Origin: Fibrobacteraceae bacterium
GTDB taxonomy: Bacteria > Fibrobacterota > Fibrobacteria > Fibrobacterales > Fibrobacteraceae
Assembly: GCA_045629945.1 (NCBI GenBank)
Contig: JAZQSE010000012.1
Coordinates: forward strand, 13,514-77,513
Direction: 5' to 3'
DNA: 64,000 nt
Shown: piece after piece, positions 26,482 to 37,437 of the stretch
Layout of the letters: every line of letters starts with the position of its first letter
Numbering within the stretch: position 1 is the first letter of the stretch
Made by a program: the position numbers and the translations under genes
Notes under the pieces: generated by a model
Told to the model about the DNA's origin: nothing
Databases searched by the model: none
What the model saw: the letters and a program-made list of their open reading frames with translations, nothing else

Positions 26482-29400
26482 TTGAAGAAAAACATTTTGG
26501 TTCGCATCTCGCAAATCGGGTTTGTCGGGTTACTATCCGCTGCCGTATTTTCTTTTGCACAAAGCGATAACACAAAAGATTCTTCTGAATACAAATCTCC
26601 TGTCCAGTACTTTGATTTGCCGCCAAATGTCACTCCTCTTGATGGGTTGTTACCAAGTGGTGGTATTGGACAAAGTAATTCTTTAATGTCTTCTCCAAGA
26701 AACATTATTCAAGATCATGAAATTGATGTTGGAACAAGAAGTCTTGAAGTTAAAGAAAAATACGTAAACCCCTTATCAAAAGATACAACAGAACTTTGGT
26801 CTGCTAGTTACCCAGAACTTGCTGATTATGTAAACGATATGTACGATATCGGGTTAAATCGCCTTTGGCTTAACTCGCTTATCGGAAACAAAAATGATGG
26901 TTACACACCACCAGAAAAAGGTTCTGAATTTGATATTTCTATCCCTGTTCCAATGCCTGCCTGGATGAAAACTTTTGGTTTTGATAAACCAAAATTATTT
27001 TTGCAAGGGACAATGGATATTCGTTTGAAAGGGTATGGCGAATACGATGACGCCCCCGGTAGTACTGAACGCAGTTTATTCCCTTCGCCTTCACTTTCTT
27101 ATGACCCTAGCTTTATGGTCAAAGGAAAAATCGGGCCTTATGTGACAGTTGAAATAAACAATGTTGAAAGTGGCCTTGGCGTAAAAAACCAGGTGCGCGT
27201 TGTTTATGAAGAATCTTACAAAGGCGAATTTGAAGATTACATTTTACAAAGAATTGAAGCCGGTACAACTTCTTTAAGTCTTAGTGGTACAGAATTAACT
27301 GGTTATTCTGAAAATCACCAAGGATTGTTTGGCATTAAAGCCGATTGGAAATTCGGCGACTGGAATGTAACCACTATTGCTTCTCAAGATGGAGGCAGTC
27401 AAGAGTCTTACACAATCAATGCAAGCGAAAGTACTTCTGAATTCCAAATTTTAGATAAGAACTTTTTGGCCTATCGTTATTATTTCTTGAATCACGAAGC
27501 AAGAAATAATTATATCAGCGCAGGTATTGCCGGCAAAACAACGGCTTCTTATGCAGCAACAGGGCTTAAACTTTATAAGAGAAGTAACCTTAATTCAACA
27601 GAAGATGTTTTGGATAATATTACTGTTGTGTATGTTACGCCATCAGGACAAACCATTGAAAAGTCTGTTGAACGCATGACAGAAATCCCTGCTAAAGATT
27701 ACTCCTATGATTCAAAAACCGGTATCCTGAAAATTTCTGGAGCCAATCGCAATACATTGATTGCGGCTAGTTGGAGTGGTGATGGCACAGGGCGACCGGG
27801 GACAACTGTTCGCGATGGTTCCCGCCTTGTACTTATACAATGGGATGCTACTCTTTCAGAATTAAAAGACATTGACAAGTTGATGCTTCGCAATGTTTAT
27901 TCTGTTGGTATTTCTGATGAAAGTGCTTCTAGTTTTGTTTTAAGAATGAAAACAAAGTCAGGCATCAGCGGCGATTACTTAAAACGCCTTCGTGTTGCCG
28001 ACACCACAACAGGCGCTCCTTTAGTTAATGACGCGACCATTTTTAGAAAAAATTCTACTGGTGGTTATAGCGGAGAAATGTGGTTGCCTTGCTTGCCTGC
28101 AAAAGAATACTCTGGCGCAAACGCAGCTGAACGTGCAAGACAAAACTGTCTTGAACCTTTAAGGAACCTTGATTCTTCTGCAGCAATGGCTCAGCTCTAT
28201 ACATTGCCTGTTCCAAACCTAAATCGTTATTCAAGCAAGTTCTATTTTGAATCTGTCGGAAAGCGTCGCAGTTCTACTATCAGCGTAAGAGACCAGAACT
28301 CTAGCCATTCGGTGAGTGCCGGAGCTTGTATGGACATTTCTCCAGGAACTGAAAAACTTAAAGCTGGTTCAGAAGTTCTTGTTCGTGATATTGACTACGA
28401 AGTAAACTATGAACTAGGTCAAATTGAATTATTAAGTGATAGAGCGCTTGACCCGAATAAAGAAATTACTGTCACATTTGAATGTGAACCTTTATTTGAA
28501 ATAGACAACAAGGTTTTACTAGGAGCTAGAGCGGAACTTCCTTTAACTTATTATGGTTTTGGTGAAGGTTCTTTATTTGGTGTTACAGCTCTTTATAAAA
28601 GCCAAAGTACAACAGCCTCCACTCCAACTCTTGGAAACGAACCATTCTCCAGTTTCTTATGGGGCATGAATTTACGTTTACAAGACACTTCAAAAATCAT
28701 TACTAAAATGATGGGAGCTATTCCCTTCCTTTATTCCAAAGCTCCTTCCACCTGGCGGTTTGAAACTGAATTTGCAAGTAGCTATCATAATCCAAACACT
28801 AATGGCAAAAAGACCGCATTACTTGAAGATTTTGAATCCACAGTCACTGGATTAATGTATCCTCTTACAAGGCTTTCTTGGTACCAAGCATCTCCTCCAG
28901 GTGGTATTTCTAGTAATATCGGAACTTATATCCCAGACCAGGATTACAGACACCAAGGGGAATTTATTTGGCATAGCAACACCACAGAACTTTACAAATA
29001 CATTTACCCAAATGTCGGCGATTCTGAAGTAGATAACCAAAGGCTTTCTGTTTTAAAATTGACACTTCGTCCAAATGACAATTTAATGGGAAAAAGCTGG
29101 GGCGGTATTATGCGACCCAACAGCGCTTATTACCAAGACTTAAGCGAAATGCGTTATGTTGAAGTTGTAGCTCGCGGAAATGTTGGTTCTCTTTATTTGG
29201 ATCTTGGTTTATTGAGTGAAGACATTTCTATTAATGGTTATGCTCCTAACGATAATTTTGATGGTGAAAATACTTTAGGAACAACAACTGCTTTACACGA
29301 CAAAGGTCTTGATGGCATTTCAGGCTCTGAAGAAACCAGACTCGTTTGGGATTGTCGTATTGAAGGCTGCGTTTCTACAGAATTAACTTCTGCAAATGTT

Positions 29401-32400
29401 AACCCAACTTTGACAGATATTGCTCAAGATAATTACAGCGACGATTATGATGAAGATAGCGATCCGCCACGTTTAATAAATGGAACAGAAGACAACTCTG
29501 GTGAACGCGCTTATGATACTGAAGACATAAATAGAAATGGTTCTCTTGACACAGACATTAGCTTTGTCCGTTATCGCATTGACCTTTCTAGTGATGACCC
29601 GACACAATATGAAGAACTTAAAAATGGTTGGCGCCGTTGGAGAATTCCACTTGACCAATACGACACAATTGTTTCTGCAAGTGGAAATGGGTACAAGACA
29701 ATTCTTTCAGAAGCTCTTTTCTCAAGAATCTGGCTTGGCAATTTAAATCCAGGCGTTGCAGAAGCTAAAGTTCAAATTGTTAATCTTGGTGTTGTTGGAA
29801 ATAGTTGGGAAGCAAATGATGTTTCTGATATGTATGTCACGTCTTCTACAGAAAATTCTCAAGTGGTTGATGTCAATGGAAATGAAATCAATATTTCTCA
29901 AACGGGTTCAACTCTTGATTCTTCTTTCTTGCAAGTCACAACGATAAATAACCGTGAAGATGCAGGAACTTATTTTAAATCACCAAATACATCTTCTGAA
30001 CGCGATTCAGAGACCAACGCAGCCTTAAAAGAAACAGCTCTTGTTCTTGATTATAAAAACCTTTCGCCAGGCCAAGAAATTGGCGTTACCAGAATTTTCG
30101 AATCAGATGTTAAAGATTTGACAAGCTATAAAACCATTAAAATGGAAATCCATTACGAAACCGAAGCTGAGAAAGTTCCTGTCCGTTTTGCAATCCAAAT
30201 GGGTGAAGGTTCTTTAGAAGGTTCCTCTAATTATTACGAATGGAGTTTCCGTCCAGTAAAATTCTCTTGTACATCTTCTGAACGCATTGAAGATTGTCAT
30301 GAAATGAACTGGTTAGATAATGCTTTTGCTATGGCTATCAAATCCTTTACCGATATGAAAATCGGACGCACTCCTCCTTATACAGAACCTGTTGAAGTTG
30401 ATTTAGGCGGAGAACGCGAAGAACGTTTGAAATTAGTTGGCAACCCTTCTATGACATCTGTTGACTGGATTCGCTTTGTTATTATTGCTGACGAAGACGC
30501 TTCACCAGCTGATTTAAAAGGAACTTTCTGGTTAAACGATTTGCGCCTTTCAGGAATGGATTTAGATTGGGGCTACGCTGCTCGCGTTTCTGGCCAAATG
30601 AATTTTTCAGATTTCGCCACCGTTTCCGGAGCCATGCGTTATCAAGACGGTGACTTTGCAACTCTATCAACAACAGGTGGTTCTCCAAAGCCAAAACTTT
30701 CTGATGCAGCCTCTCAATTAGATGTAGCTGGTGACATCAGTTTTAGCTTAAATAAATTTTTCCCAGACCAGAATGGTTTCCACATTCCAATGGGACTTGG
30801 TTATAGTAGCGTTACTGAACGCCCTTACATGAAGCCTACTGACGACATGCTTCTTGAAAGAGAATATTTCGATGACCTGGTATCTGACATGGTACAAAAC
30901 AAATTAGATGTCCATAAAAATTCTGAAGAAGAAGATTTAAGAAACGAAGCTCGTTCAAAAGGTTATGAAAGTTATTCTAAAAACCGCAACTTCAGCATTA
31001 GTTATAGCAAAGACTATATTCCTAACGACAATTTATTGCAAGAATATTTAACACAGATTTTCCTTGAACGCCCGGCTTTCAGTTATTCTTATAATGAATC
31101 GGAAAATCGTTCTACAACAAGTGCCGATTCTTCTTATTCATACAGAACCGTTATTGAATATAAACTCGGGACTTACAACAAATTCAATTTCAAACCTTTC
31201 TCTTCTCTTGGCCGCTTCCGTTATTTACGTCCGCTTTCAGAATCTGCTTTTGAACCATGGCCACAAACGTTTGACTTGACATTGTTTGACTTTAGTTATG
31301 TCCGTTACGTTGATCAAGAACGCGACCCGGATTTTGTAGAACCACAAGTAGATAAAGTCGTTACATTTACTGCTGACTTAACACACAAAGCAAATATCCG
31401 CTGGAATATTTTCTCTTTCCTGAATGCTAGCTACAGCATAAATGTAAAACGCGATATGTTAGCCGATAGAGAAGCGTTTGTCAAAGAAAACTTCTTTACA
31501 GGACGTGACGGCTCTTTATTTGCCGCTGATGAAATTTTTGCTTGGGACCACACAGACAGAAAAGTTTATGTCTCTGCTGATAGTATTGTGGCTATCCCTT
31601 ACGATACAATTCCGCAAATCAATGCTGCCGGCGACACAATGGCTATTGACATGCAAAACCCTGACTCATATAAAATTTTATATGACACAACAACATTCTA
31701 TAAAGTGGATAGTTTAGGCAAAAAAGATTACGGCCCGAAATATGGCATTTTAAAACACGAACGCGTGCGCAACAGACAATTCCGGGTGAACTTCACTCCA
31801 AATATTATTCCGTTCTTGCCTATAAATATGACTTTCAATACAGACTTTACTCAGCAAAAAACAATCCCTGATGATTTTAGTCTTTATGATGAAACCATGG
31901 TAGAAAAGAATTTCTGGACTATTTCACAAACAAACCGTTTTGAATTTGTTCCAAGTTTCCGTTTCATTACATTTATGGAATTATTTGGCAAAGGCAATGC
32001 CGCTCAGAAATTCTTTGAAAAATTGAAATGGCGTGAACTAAGAATGAACTGGACAACTAGTTTGTCTACAATCGGTGAAAACTTTACACTTGCCCAACTC
32101 TACGAAGAACAAGGGGTGAATCCTTTACAATACTATCTCTATGGTTTAGGTATTGGTAATGGTTACCGCAATCGTGGCCTTTGGAATATTATTTCTGGCG
32201 ATATGGGACTTGACCATCGCGACGACTACAAAGACTTTGCTGAATACAGAAACCGTCACGTAGATACTCTTGTTTACCAAGGGAATTTTACACACGCCGT
32301 TTCTCGTTCTCTACAATTATCAACTGGCTTTACTTTGCCTTTCTGGAGTATTGGTATAACCGGTGACTTGCAATGGAAACAAGATTTCTCTCAATCTCGT

Positions 32401-33267
32401 GAATACCCTCTTTATACCGATAGTACATTGATTTGGCCAAAATGGGGAATCGGTATAACCATTCCTAATTTCTCTCAACGCATTAGTTTCTTGAATGGAT
32501 TCAAGAGCGTTTCTTCAACACACCGTGTTGACTACAGCCATACAAAGACCGTAAAACCGTTCCAAAGCGCTGAAGACTCTTGGAATACCACTTGGAATTT
32601 CAACCCTCTTGTCCGCCTTTCTTTCTTGACGCAAAAAAATATTCGCATAGATAACAGCGTTCGTTTGAAAATAGAAATGGTTGATAGAAAACCAAAACAA
32701 GAAGTTATTGCTCAAACAAACTGGCCAGAAAAAGAAGAAAACATTGCTGACACCTCTTCTTACTTCTGGGAAACTCCATGGATGCATACTGCCTTATATA
32801 AAGATTTTGGTATAAATATTGGCGATGACTTAACCATTACCTACCCATTAAAAACGAAAAGAGGTTTCCAACTCTGGAAATGGTATATCAAACTTGATAA
32901 TGACATTGATTTAAAATTCACTGCTGGTTATGATTTCAGTAAAACCATTCGCCGTTACTATGACCCTGATCCCGGTTTTGATATGTGGAAAAAAGAAAGT
33001 GGAACTGACGGCGTGTATAAAGAATGGGAATTTGATGGTTATAAATACACCGCATACAAACCAAAGTTAGAATTAACCGAAAGAACAGTACCTTCTAGAA
33101 CGCATGAATGGTTCTTACGACCAAGTGCGGCTTATCAATTCAACAAAATGGTTTCCACCAGTGCTTATGTGGAATACAGACAAATTCATGAAAAGCTAGA
33201 TGACGAAACGGCTCATATTCGCCAAATATTAACATTTGAACTGGCTTTAATGCTACGCTTTAATTAA
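26482..33267 (+). CDS. sprA: SprA-like type IX secretion translocon (giant outer-membrane beta-barrel protein)
   Basis: 2261 aa. TTG start followed by signal peptide KKNILVRISQIGFVGLLSAAVFSFAQ. Long stretches of amphipathic strands, C-terminal ...LALMLRFN. Size and layout match SprA. No ATG alternative is present. Confidence 0.65.
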   Translation: MKKNILVRISQIGFVGLLSAAVFSFAQSDNTKDSSEYKSPVQYFDLPPNVTPLDGLLPSGGIGQSNSLMSSPRNIIQDHEIDVGTRSLEVKEKYVNPLSKDTTELWSASYPELADYVNDMYDIGLNRLWLNSLIGNKNDGYTPPEKGSEFDISIPVPMPAWMKTFGFDKPKLFLQGTMDIRLKGYGEYDDAPGSTERSLFPSPSLSYDPSFMVKGKIGPYVTVEINNVESGLGVKNQVRVVYEESYKGEFEDYILQRIEAGTTSLSLSGTELTGYSENHQGLFGIKADWKFGDWNVTTIASQDGGSQESYTINASESTSEFQILDKNFLAYRYYFLNHEARNNYISAGIAGKTTASYAATGLKLYKRSNLNSTEDVLDNITVVYVTPSGQTIEKSVERMTEIPAKDYSYDSKTGILKISGANRNTLIAASWSGDGTGRPGTTVRDGSRLVLIQWDATLSELKDIDKLMLRNVYSVGISDESASSFVLRMKTKSGISGDYLKRLRVADTTTGAPLVNDATIFRKNSTGGYSGEMWLPCLPAKEYSGANAAERARQNCLEPLRNLDSSAAMAQLYTLPVPNLNRYSSKFYFESVGKRRSSTISVRDQNSSHSVSAGACMDISPGTEKLKAGSEVLVRDIDYEVNYELGQIELLSDRALDPNKEITVTFECEPLFEIDNKVLLGARAELPLTYYGFGEGSLFGVTALYKSQSTTASTPTLGNEPFSSFLWGMNLRLQDTSKIITKMMGAIPFLYSKAPSTWRFETEFASSYHNPNTNGKKTALLEDFESTVTGLMYPLTRLSWYQASPPGGISSNIGTYIPDQDYRHQGEFIWHSNTTELYKYIYPNVGDSEVDNQRLSVLKLTLRPNDNLMGKSWGGIMRPNSAYYQDLSEMRYVEVVARGNVGSLYLDLGLLSEDISINGYAPNDNFDGENTLGTTTALHDKGLDGISGSEETRLVWDCRIEGCVSTELTSANVNPTLTDIAQDNYSDDYDEDSDPPRLINGTEDNSGERAYDTEDINRNGSLDTDISFVRYRIDLSSDDPTQYEELKNGWRRWRIPLDQYDTIVSASGNGYKTILSEALFSRIWLGNLNPGVAEAKVQIVNLGVVGNSWEANDVSDMYVTSSTENSQVVDVNGNEINISQTGSTLDSSFLQVTTINNREDAGTYFKSPNTSSERDSETNAALKETALVLDYKNLSPGQEIGVTRIFESDVKDLTSYKTIKMEIHYETEAEKVPVRFAIQMGEGSLEGSSNYYEWSFRPVKFSCTSSERIEDCHEMNWLDNAFAMAIKSFTDMKIGRTPPYTEPVEVDLGGEREERLKLVGNPSMTSVDWIRFVIIADEDASPADLKGTFWLNDLRLSGMDLDWGYAARVSGQMNFSDFATVSGAMRYQDGDFATLSTTGGSPKPKLSDAASQLDVAGDISFSLNKFFPDQNGFHIPMGLGYSSVTERPYMKPTDDMLLEREYFDDLVSDMVQNKLDVHKNSEEEDLRNEARSKGYESYSKNRNFSISYSKDYIPNDNLLQEYLTQIFLERPAFSYSYNESENRSTTSADSSYSYRTVIEYKLGTYNKFNFKPFSSLGRFRYLRPLSESAFEPWPQTFDLTLFDFSYVRYVDQERDPDFVEPQVDKVVTFTADLTHKANIRWNIFSFLNASYSINVKRDMLADREAFVKENFFTGRDGSLFAADEIFAWDHTDRKVYVSADSIVAIPYDTIPQINAAGDTMAIDMQNPDSYKILYDTTTFYKVDSLGKKDYGPKYGILKHERVRNRQFRVNFTPNIIPFLPINMTFNTDFTQQKTIPDDFSLYDETMVEKNFWTISQTNRFEFVPSFRFITFMELFGKGNAAQKFFEKLKWRELRMNWTTSLSTIGENFTLAQLYEEQGVNPLQYYLYGLGIGNGYRNRGLWNIISGDMGLDHRDDYKDFAEYRNRHVDTLVYQGNFTHAVSRSLQLSTGFTLPFWSIGITGDLQWKQDFSQSREYPLYTDSTLIWPKWGIGITIPNFSQRISFLNGFKSVSSTHRVDYSHTKTVKPFQSAEDSWNTTWNFNPLVRLSFLTQKNIRIDNSVRLKIEMVDRKPKQEVIAQTNWPEKEENIADTSSYFWETPWMHTALYKDFGINIGDDLTITYPLKTKRGFQLWKWYIKLDNDIDLKFTAGYDFSKTIRRYYDPDPGFDMWKKESGTDGVYKEWEFDGYKYTAYKPKLELTERTVPSRTHEWFLRPSAAYQFNKMVSTSAYVEYRQIHEKLDDETAHIRQILTFELALMLRFN

Positions 33268-33968
33268 CGAGTCCTTTCAAGAATAGCTAAAGCCCGCTGT
33301 TGTGTGCTATTTGGAATTTTATAATAATGCACAGCGTTTAACTTATAACCATATTTTTCAGGAACTAGAGTCTGCAACTCTTCTTGAATCGCAGGGCCTT
33401 TCATAAAATAAACTTTTCCGCCGATTTTCAAGGAGTTTTCTAAGCGGAGCAAGGTTTTTTCCATCAATTCAAACGCTCGGCTAATCGCGCCATCTATGGG
33501 AAGTGTCATGCTATGACTTGTGACTTTATGCCCAAACACGTCTATATTTTTTAGCCCGAGTTTTTCAATCACCATATTCAAAAAATTAACACGATTCGGG
33601 CGAGGTTCGCAAAGAGTTAATTGGATTTCTGGATTCAGAATTTTTAATGGAATGCCAGGGAAACCAGCGCCGCTTCCAATATCAATCATTCGCTTTGGCC
33701 AATTTGATTCATAAGCATTTATAATAGTACAATCTGCATAATGGCGTTCAACCATCGTTTCAAATGCATTTAACCGAGTTAAATCCTGGTCACCATTATT
33801 TTCTCTAAGAAGCGTATGGAATTTCCACAACATCTGAAGAGTTGCTTTTTCTAATTCCACGCCATGAAATTTCAACAATTTATCTAAACCTTCAACAGAA
33901 GGCGTAACTCTTTTACCGCCAAATAATGGAAACGTTGAACGAGGGGATTTTTTATTCCAATTTTTCAT
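33264..33968 (-). CDS. rsmG: 16S rRNA (guanine527-N7)-methyltransferase RsmG/GidB
   Basis: DIGSGAGFPGIPL SAM motif at the right size. It converges on sprA with a 4-nt overlap. Confidence 0.85.
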   Translation of the reverse strand: MKNWNKKSPRSTFPLFGGKRVTPSVEGLDKLLKFHGVELEKATLQMLWKFHTLLRENNGDQDLTRLNAFETMVERHYADCTIINAYESNWPKRMIDIGSGAGFPGIPLKILNPEIQLTLCEPRPNRVNFLNMVIEKLGLKNIDVFGHKVTSHSMTLPIDGAISRAFELMEKTLLRLENSLKIGGKVYFMKGPAIQEELQTLVPEKYGYKLNAVHYYKIPNSTQQRALAILERTR

Positions 33969-34119
33969 AAATCCAAAATTAAAAATAAATCAAAAATTTT
34001 TTGTTCTGTTTTTTAGAAGATAAGCGTTTCTTTTAAATAGAGGCAAAAAATAAAACACTCTTAAAAGCGTTTCTCTTTTTACTCTATAAAAGCAACTTCA
34101 AAAAAAGGATTTTTTGACC

Positions 34120-35430
34120 ATGTTCAAATTAAAAGTTCACTTATCCAAAGGATTTTGTTTTTTTCTTGTTTTATTTCTTTTTAGTCATTCAATTGCCATA
34201 ACAGAAACGGAAGTTTTAGAATGGTTTGATGATGGTTTAATTGAAACTATTGAACTCTATGATTTTTTAGAACTTCTTGAAAATGGTAACGACGAAGAAG
34301 CCGAAGCTTTAGCCTTTTCTTTAGGATTATCAGAAAAAGAAAAAAAGCCTAAGCGCACACCTAAAAAATTTCAAGGGACTTTTTCTGCAAGACTTTCTCT
34401 TGATTCTATTGGCAATATAATCAGCCACAAAGAAGAATTGCTTTTAAAATATTCTGTATGGAAATTCCGAGGCGACAATTTTGGCCATTGGCTTTTAGCC
34501 TATCAAAAAGATAATTACGAAGCTCTTGGTGGCTATTTAAATGACTCCGACATCAAGTTTTTATTTCCTCTACAAACTATTCCTGGCTCTTGGATTGGGT
34601 TTCATAATTCCATTTTTTCTTTAGGTGGTTTACTTGGGACAAACCAATCTTACGCAGGAATGTTAAAACTTTGGAAATTGCGTTTTTGGATTCTGAATAT
34701 GAAATCAGAAAACACACTTGCTTTTGATTTTTCTGATAAAGAATTTTCTTTTGCCATATTACACACACTTGAACAGGAAAAAAAATTATTCCGTATGGAA
34801 ACTAATTTTTGTGGCGGAGAATTTTACAAATGGAATTTACGTGGATTATTCTTTTTCCATCAAGATTCTTCAGAACAATATTGGTTAGACTTACCACAAT
34901 CCGTAAAGAGCAGCAAACTCTGGACTTCACAAAGTCAAAATATTAATTTAAAGAATCTTTTTTTCTCTCTTGAAGAACGAATCCGAATTCCATTAGATTC
35001 TGGAAATGTTTTTTATGGGTTGAATTTTAAAGTCCAGAAGAAAAAAGGTTTTTTCCGTTTTTTAACGGCACTTGCATATAAAAATTCAAGTACAAAACAA
35101 AATCTTTTCACATTACGGACTGAACCTGCTTTTCTTTTTTCAGACCTTTTATTTTTTGGAAAACTCCAACACAATTTTTATAAAGAATGGCAACATATTC
35201 CAAAATTCAGTTTTGGATTTAAAACAGAAAACAATCATTTTTTTCATTGCAAAATGGAATTCATTTTCCCAGAATACGGAGCATCAGACAAAAGGCCTTA
35301 TCAGTTTAGAAATGAAGCAGGAATAAAAACAGAACAAATGGCTATTCACCTTAAATTTAACTGGAAACGAACGCCTAAAAAAGAATGGTCCCCGAATCAT
35401 TTTGGGTTAGAAGGGAAAATCTTTTTCTAG
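34120..35430 (+). CDS. Outer-membrane beta-barrel protein, unknown function
   Basis: Signal peptide MFKLKVHLSKGFCFFLVLFLFSHSIA, an acidic helical N-domain, then amphipathic strands ending GLEGKIFF with a terminal aromatic. Confidence 0.55.
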   Translation: MFKLKVHLSKGFCFFLVLFLFSHSIAITETEVLEWFDDGLIETIELYDFLELLENGNDEEAEALAFSLGLSEKEKKPKRTPKKFQGTFSARLSLDSIGNIISHKEELLLKYSVWKFRGDNFGHWLLAYQKDNYEALGGYLNDSDIKFLFPLQTIPGSWIGFHNSIFSLGGLLGTNQSYAGMLKLWKLRFWILNMKSENTLAFDFSDKEFSFAILHTLEQEKKLFRMETNFCGGEFYKWNLRGLFFFHQDSSEQYWLDLPQSVKSSKLWTSQSQNINLKNLFFSLEERIRIPLDSGNVFYGLNFKVQKKKGFFRFLTALAYKNSSTKQNLFTLRTEPAFLFSDLLFFGKLQHNFYKEWQHIPKFSFGFKTENNHFFHCKMEFIFPEYGASDKRPYQFRNEAGIKTEQMAIHLKFNWKRTPKKEWSPNHFGLEGKIFF

Positions 35431-35439
35431 TTTTTGCTT

Positions 35440-36051
35440 ATGCAAAAAATAGGCATTACAGGAATCATTGGTTCTGGCAAAAGCACTGTTGGAAAACTGC
35501 TTCAAGAAAGTGGTTACCCTGTATTAGATGCAGACAAAGCGGTTCATCATCTTTACGAAACGTCTTCTTTATTAAAACAAAAATTAGTGGATACATTTGG
35601 CGAAAGCATTTTAGAGTCTAACGCTGTTTCCCGCAAAAATCTGGCAACAATTGTTTTCAAAAACCAAAGCGCTTTAAAACAATTGGAAAACATCGTTTAC
35701 CCTTTTTTAAAAAAAGAGATTATCGACTTTTTCAAAACCTGTGAACAAAATAATCAAAAATTTGCTTTTCTTGAAGCCGCTTTACTCCATAAGATTCCTG
35801 AAATTCTCGAATCACTTGATAAAATATGGTTTATATCAGCACAAGAAAATGTTTTATTAGAACGCCTTGTTAAACGAGGACTTTCCTTTGATGACGCTGG
35901 TCACAGATTAAACCTTCAGAAAAAAAATCCAACCTTTGAAAATTCTGAATTTTTAACTGTTTGCAAAAAAAAATCATCCTGGGTAGAAGTCATTGAAAAC
36001 GACAAAACACCAGATGATTTAAAAGAAAAAATTTCAACTCTTTTAAAATAA
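35440..36051 (+). CDS. coaE: Dephospho-CoA kinase
   Basis: IGITGIIGSGKSTV P-loop at the N-terminus, about 200 aa. Confidence 0.85.
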   Translation: MQKIGITGIIGSGKSTVGKLLQESGYPVLDADKAVHHLYETSSLLKQKLVDTFGESILESNAVSRKNLATIVFKNQSALKQLENIVYPFLKKEIIDFFKTCEQNNQKFAFLEAALLHKIPEILESLDKIWFISAQENVLLERLVKRGLSFDDAGHRLNLQKKNPTFENSEFLTVCKKKSSWVEVIENDKTPDDLKEKISTLLK

Positions 36052-36056
36052 ACTTT

Positions 36057-37367
36057 TTACTGCAATTTCCGGATACGAACAAGAACCTCTGAATCTCCTG
36101 CTTTTTGTGGAGCCACAGCAGCAGTTTCTGTCAAAGATTCCCGAATAGCTTTTGCTTGACTTTTCAAGCGAGCAAGACGTTCGCCTTCTAATTTTGGTGT
36201 TGCAATCATTGTTTTTTTAGAAGGGTTTATCCAACGGCCTTTTTCATCTTTAAATCCAAAATGCAAATGCGGACCCGTGCTTCTACCAGTATTTCCAACT
36301 CGACCAATAACTTGTCTTGCATTAACATGAGCCCCTTGTGAAACAGCTCTTGTATGTAAATGCAAATACCAGCTAGAAGAACCATCTCTATGTCTAATTG
36401 ATATTTTATTTCCACTTAGATTATCATAACCGGAAAGCGTAACCACTCCTTCTGCAACAGCATAAACCGGTGTTCCTGTCGGACTACCATAATCAATCCC
36501 GTGATGCACTTTTCTTTGACCTGTAATCGGGTGGATTCTTGAGCCATAAGCACTTGTTACGTGCAACCTGTCTAATGGGTAACGCAAACCATCAAAGACA
36601 AGAGCTTCTCCCGTTTCTGTATAATGCGCATTAAATGAACTTTTCGGGTCCGGATCTTCATAACGGAATGCTTCGTGGTGGCCAACTGTTTTACCATCAA
36701 ATTCAGCATAAAGTACTTTACCGCTAATCCAAATAGAATCTTCAAAGAAATTTTCTTCTAATAAAATCCTGAATTTATCTCCAGGTTGTGCTAATTGAAA
36801 AGCCACTTTGCATTGTAACACTCCACTTACCACACCAACCATGTGTTTTGGAATACCAACACTTCGCAATGTTCCGTCTAATGTAGAGCCCTCTGCTAAA
36901 CTGCCTTCAAATATGGAATGTTTACGAACTATCGTTTTCTCTGGCCTATTGTAAACGAAACCAGAATCTGTTTTAAAAAGCAAATGAATTGTTGCTGGGT
37001 TTTCTTCATATCGGAAAACTTTAACCTTTTTATTTCCATCTAACAACGCATGGAACTTCTGGCCAACCCGCATTTTTGAAAGTTCCACACTATCTTGAAT
37101 AGACAAAACAATCAAACGACGTTCTTCTTCTGAAAGTCCCATTCGTTCAAGAACTTGGAAAAGTCCATTCCCTGCTTTAACCGTATCAGAAACTAAAGTT
37201 AAATCAGAAGATTTTTCAAGTTCACTTTGCCTTTTTGACAAAGAATCTTTTTGAGAAATTAATTGACGTTGTTCTTCTTGCAAGGCTTTGATTTTTTCAT
37301 CTTCACCACAGCCTAAAAGAACAACTAAAACAGAAACGATATAAAACAAAAAAATTCTTTTCATCAA
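36057..37367 (-). CDS. M23-family peptidoglycan DD-metalloendopeptidase
   Basis: HHGIDYGSPTGTPVYAVAEG and GNTGRSTGPHLHF. N-terminal lipoprotein-like signal (LLGCG) and a coiled coil. Confidence 0.85.
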   Translation of the reverse strand: MMKRIFLFYIVSVLVVLLGCGEDEKIKALQEEQRQLISQKDSLSKRQSELEKSSDLTLVSDTVKAGNGLFQVLERMGLSEEERRLIVLSIQDSVELSKMRVGQKFHALLDGNKKVKVFRYEENPATIHLLFKTDSGFVYNRPEKTIVRKHSIFEGSLAEGSTLDGTLRSVGIPKHMVGVVSGVLQCKVAFQLAQPGDKFRILLEENFFEDSIWISGKVLYAEFDGKTVGHHEAFRYEDPDPKSSFNAHYTETGEALVFDGLRYPLDRLHVTSAYGSRIHPITGQRKVHHGIDYGSPTGTPVYAVAEGVVTLSGYDNLSGNKISIRHRDGSSSWYLHLHTRAVSQGAHVNARQVIGRVGNTGRSTGPHLHFGFKDEKGRWINPSKKTMIATPKLEGERLARLKSQAKAIRESLTETAAVAPQKAGDSEVLVRIRKLQ

Positions 37368-37387
37368 AAACTCAAACTTTAAAATTC

Positions 37388-37423
37388 AAAAAAAAAGAAA
37401 GGGAGCCCTATTGTGGACTCCCC
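37388..37423 (-). terminator. Intrinsic terminator after the FKBP gene
   Basis: GGGAG...CTCCC hairpin followed on the minus strand by TTTCTTTTTTTTT. Confidence 0.5.
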
Positions 37424-37437
37424 TTTTTTATCACTTC

